Part shown: piece by piece, positions 60,667 through 64,000 of the stretch
How positions within the stretch are numbered: position 1 is the stretch's first letter
Layout: each line of letters starts with the position of its first letter
Source: an uncultured Gemmataceae bacterium
Lineage (GTDB): Bacteria > Planctomycetota > Planctomycetia > Gemmatales > Gemmataceae
Reading direction: 5' to 3'
DNA length: 64,000 bases
Assembly: GCA_963750165.1 (NCBI GenBank)
Contig: CAVVPN010000003.1
Coordinates: 640,001 to 704,000 of the forward strand
Notes under the pieces: generated by a model
What the model was told of the DNA's origin: nothing
Databases searched by the model: none
The model's input: only the letters and a program-made list of their open reading frames with translations
Position numbers and translations under genes: made by a program

Positions 60667-61683
60667 ATGCGTCGATCACACCTGCCGGTGGTTGTTCTGT
60701 TGCTGAGCCTCGTCGCCCCGCTGGCCGCGCAGGAGCGCCAGGCCACGCCGCAGCAACTCCGCGCCGCCGTGACGCGGGCGCTGCCGCTGATCGTGAAGGG
60801 CGCCGCCGGCCACCGGACGCAGCGGAACTGCTTCGCCTGCCATCACCAGGCCGTGCCCATCCTGGCGCTGACCACCGTCCGGTCGCGCGGCTTCGCCGTG
60901 GACGACGCGGACGTGCAGAAACACGTCGATTACATCGCGGAGTTCCTGGGCCGCAACCAGAAAAACTACCTCAAGGGCAAGGGCCAGGGCGGTCAGGTGG
61001 ACACGGCCGGCTACGCCCTGTGGACACTGGAGCTGGGCGGCCGCGCCCCGGACAAGATCACCGCCGCGGTCGCCGAGTATCTGCTGCTGTTCGACAAGGA
61101 CCGCGACCACTGGCGCACGACCGCCAACCGGCCGCCGTCGGAGACCAGCCCGTTCACGACCACCTATGTGGCGCTGCGTGGCCTGCAGGCGTTCGGCACG
61201 GCGGAGCAGAAGGAACGTGTCGAGAAGCGGCTGGAGCAGGTTCGCGGCTGGCTGGTGAAGGCGAAAACAAAGGACACGGAGGACCGCGTCTTTCGGCTGT
61301 GGGGCCTGAAGCGCGCCGGCGCCGCGACGGCGGACGTGCAGGCTGCCGCCCAGGAGTTGCTCAAGACGCAGCGGCCCGACGGCGGCTGGGCGCAGCTGGC
61401 GACGCTGAAGTCGGACGCCTACGCCACGGGCTCGGCGCTGGTGGCGCTGCACGAGGCCGCGGGTCTGGCGACCACCGACCCGGCGTACCAGCGCGGCCTG
61501 CATTTCCTGCTCGGCGATCAGAAAGACGATGGTTCCTGGCACGTCCGCTCACGCAGCAGACCGTTCCAGCTGTATTTCGAGAGCGGTTTTCCGCACGGCA
61601 AGGATCAGTTCATTTCGCTCGCCGCCAGCAGCTGGGCGACCACGGCCCTGGTGCTGGCACTGCCGCCCAGTAAGCGTGAGTGA
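60667..61683 (+). CDS. Exported prenyltransferase/squalene-oxidase-repeat protein with CxxCH motif
   Basis: Signal peptide, CFACHH, QW-type repeats QRPDGGW and QKDDGSW. Confidence 0.8.
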   Translation: MRRSHLPVVVLLLSLVAPLAAQERQATPQQLRAAVTRALPLIVKGAAGHRTQRNCFACHHQAVPILALTTVRSRGFAVDDADVQKHVDYIAEFLGRNQKNYLKGKGQGGQVDTAGYALWTLELGGRAPDKITAAVAEYLLLFDKDRDHWRTTANRPPSETSPFTTTYVALRGLQAFGTAEQKERVEKRLEQVRGWLVKAKTKDTEDRVFRLWGLKRAGAATADVQAAAQELLKTQRPDGGWAQLATLKSDAYATGSALVALHEAAGLATTDPAYQRGLHFLLGDQKDDGSWHVRSRSRPFQLYFESGFPHGKDQFISLAASSWATTALVLALPPSKRE

Positions 61684-61691
61684 GCGTGCCG

Positions 61692-62030
61692 CTACTCGTC
61701 CTGCCCCGCCGTGTCATCGCGAGGGATTTCCAGCCGGCAACAGCCCAGGTTGAGGTGATCGTTGACCGCCTTGCCACCGGCGGGCTGGAAGATGTCGGGG
61801 TGCAGTTGGTAAATGACGAAGCGGCCCTGCTTGCTGTCGAGCACCAGGCCGGCGTTGCGCAGCACACCCAGGTGGTGCGAGATGTTCACGACCTCCACGT
61901 TCAGCAGCGCGGCCAGGTCGCTGACGTTCCGGGGGCCACCGCGAAGCACCTGGATGATGCGCAACCGCTCCGGGTCTGCGACGGCTCGCAGCAGGCGGGC
62001 GCAACGATCCGATTCCAGATGGTCTTCCAT
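61692..62030 (-). CDS. ArsR/SmtB family transcriptional regulator
   Basis: AVADPERLRII..L, NISHHLGVLRNAGLV...KQGRFVIY. Confidence 0.88.
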   Translation of the reverse strand: MEDHLESDRCARLLRAVADPERLRIIQVLRGGPRNVSDLAALLNVEVVNISHHLGVLRNAGLVLDSKQGRFVIYQLHPDIFQPAGGKAVNDHLNLGCCRLEIPRDDTAGQDE

Positions 62031-62101
62031 GGCGAACCGGCCCAGTTCCGAGTGATGTGGAAAATACCCCTCCATCTTAATCTTTCCGTTTCGGGGTAGC
62101 A

Positions 62102-63516
62102 ATGCCACCGCTGCTCGTGCTCAACACCGTCGGCCTGACCGCGCGACTGCTGCCGCAGGCGCCGCGCCTGGCCGCGCTGGCCGCGGCTGGCTGGCAGCGG
62201 CCACTGTGCGAGCCGACGCCCGCCGTCACCTGCACCGCTCAGGCAACGCTGCTCACCGGCGCGACACCGCAGGAGCACGGCATCGTTGGCAACGGCTGGC
62301 TGTACCGCGACACCGGCGAGGTGCGTTTCTGGCAGCAGTCCAACCGTCTGCTCGAGCGCGAGCCGCTGTACGCCACGGCCCGGCGGCGCGCGGCGGCGCG
62401 CGGCCGGCGCTGTCGCTGTGCCAAGCTGTTCTGGTGGTTCAACCAGGGCGCCGCGGTCGAAATCAGCGTCACGCCCAAGCCGTACTACGGCGCCGACGGC
62501 AACAAGGTCTTCGACATCCTCGGCACACCAGATGGCCTGACCGATCAGCTCAAGCGCCGCCACGGCCCGTTCCCATTCGCGACGTTCTGGGGCCCGATGG
62601 CCGGGCTGCCGTGTACCGCCTGGATCGCCGCCGCCGCTGCGGACGTGCTGACCGCGGAGCGGCCGGAACTGACGCTCGTCTACCTGCCGCACCTGGACTA
62701 CGACACGCAGCGTCTCGGTCCGGCCGGTTGCGACTGGCCGCGGCTGCTGCGCGAGCTGGACGACGCCTGTTCGCCGCTGCTGGACGCCGCCCGCGCCATC
62801 GGGGCGGAGGTGTGGGTCGTCAACGAATACACCCATGTGCAGGTGACGCAGGCGGTGGAGGTGAACCGGGCGCTGCGGCGGGCGGGCCTGCTGAGCGTGC
62901 GGCCCGGGCCGTTCGGCGAGATGCTCGACACCTTCGCCAGCCGGGCGTTCGCCGTCTGCGACCACCAGCTGGCCCATGTCCACGTCAACGACGCCGCCGA
63001 CCTGCCACGGGTGCGCGACGTGCTGGCGGTGCTGCCGGGCGTGGCACGCATCACCAGCGGCCCGGAGCGGGCGGAACTGGGCCTGGACCACCCGCGCGCC
63101 GGCGACCTGGTGGCGCTGGCACGGGCGGACGCCTGGTTTGCGTATCCGTACTGGCTCGATGACCGGCTGGCGCCCGACTTCGCGCGCACGGTCAACATCC
63201 ACGCCAAGCCGGGGTACGACCCGTGTGAGCTGTTCTTCGACCCGAAATTGTGGTTTCCGCAGCTGCGGGCGGCGCGGCGGCTGTTGCAGAAAAAACTCGG
63301 CTTCCGCACGCTGTTCGACGTGACGCCACTGGACGCGGCGCTGGTGCGCGGCAGTCACGGTCTGCCCGTGGCGGCGGCGGAGCGGCCGGTGCTGATCGGC
63401 GCTGGCCCGGCGCCCGCGGCGGAGGTGCCCATGACGGCGGTGCGCGACCTGTTGCTGCAACGGCTCGATCTGGCGGGGGAGCGCCGAGCCGCGCACGGAG
63501 CGTACTCGCGGAGTAA
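62102..63516 (+). CDS. Alkaline-phosphatase-superfamily nucleotide pyrophosphatase/phosphodiesterase (EboF-like); 3' end uncertain
   Basis: LNTVGL, PAVTCTAQAT, HGIVGNGW, LFWW, YLPHLDY, KPGYDPCELF, RGSHG. As given the frame runs through the antisense response regulator; one extra G in the G5 run at 63475 ends it at TAA 63516. Confidence 0.8.
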
Positions 63517-63526
63517 GCAGGCGGAC

Positions 63527-63937
63527 TTAGCGCTCTTCTTGCGGCGGCCCCTCGACCGCCACGTCCTCCAGCGGGCACAGCCGCTGCACGCTCTCCATCA
63601 GCTTGTCCATCGCGAACGGCTTGCGCAGGTAGTCATCGACGCCGAGCATCTCCGCGTAAGCGCGGTGACGGCCGCCCTCGTTGCCGGTAATCATGATGAC
63701 CTTGGGCGCGTCGGCACCGCGGCCCTTCAACTTCTCCAGCACCAGAAAACCGCTCTTCTTCGGCATCATCATATCCACGACCACCAGGTCCGGCTGCTCA
63801 CGCTCCGCGGCGGCCAGGCCGGCGTTCCCGTCCGACGCCGTCAGCACACGGTAGCCACGCGACGTGATGAGCAACCGCATGGCGCTGAGGATGTCGGCGT
63901 CGTCATCGACCAGCAGGATCGTTTTGCTTGCGGCCAT
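63527..63937 (-). CDS. Single-domain response regulator (CheY-like)
   Basis: ILLVDDD, PDLVVVDMMMP..SG, IMITG, DYLRKPF. Confidence 0.92.
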   Translation of the reverse strand: MAASKTILLVDDDADILSAMRLLITSRGYRVLTASDGNAGLAAAEREQPDLVVVDMMMPKKSGFLVLEKLKGRGADAPKVIMITGNEGGRHRAYAEMLGVDDYLRKPFAMDKLMESVQRLCPLEDVAVEGPPQEER

Positions 63938-64000
63938 GATGTCCGCGCCTCCTAAAATGTCGGTCGTAGTCCCGGAGCGTCTGCCGCGACGGGCGCCTCA

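Noticed and set aside
63517..63955. C-terminal extension of the phosphodiesterase
   Set aside because: It fully overlaps the antisense response regulator; likely a frameshift or lost stop.

Overview
GC-rich bacterial DNA, most likely Planctomycetota (Gemmataceae-like). The evidence is a planctomycete-type N-terminal 'RPxLExLEER' secretion motif, a DUF1501 gene, an ECF sigma factor with a long C-terminal extension, a Gemmata-type '...LADALEEAGC...HVRGCW' paralog and a Ser/Thr kinase-tubulin-like fusion. The window begins inside a giant repetitive adhesin-like gene. An accessory stretch at about 10-17 kb holds the best candidate for an undescribed system: a translationally coupled three-gene operon encoding an HPD-less J-like/Zn-ribbon protein, a minimal GrpE-like protein and an atypical Hsp70 with an extra domain between its ATPase and substrate-binding domains. 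A frameshifted HEPN gene and a small partner gene lie next to it on the opposite strand. The rest is mostly housekeeping and regulatory: a DAC/DisA-like cyclase, a UvrC-like nuclease, an SDR, a ferritin-like gene with a B12 radical SAM, ftsH, a moeA-PBP fusion, two convergent sigma54-activator paralogs, glpK, carA, dapA, sodA, an FKBP, tRNA-Cys, an RraA-like gene, ResB/CcsA, a CxxCH-bearing prenyltransferase-repeat protein, an EboF-like phosphodiesterase and a response regulator. Intergenic space is rich in palindromic REP/MITE-like elements, and there is an isolated tRNA 3' fragment. Five genes carry 1-2 bp frameshifts, which may be long-read assembly errors. All family calls come from motifs recognised by eye; no database searches were run.
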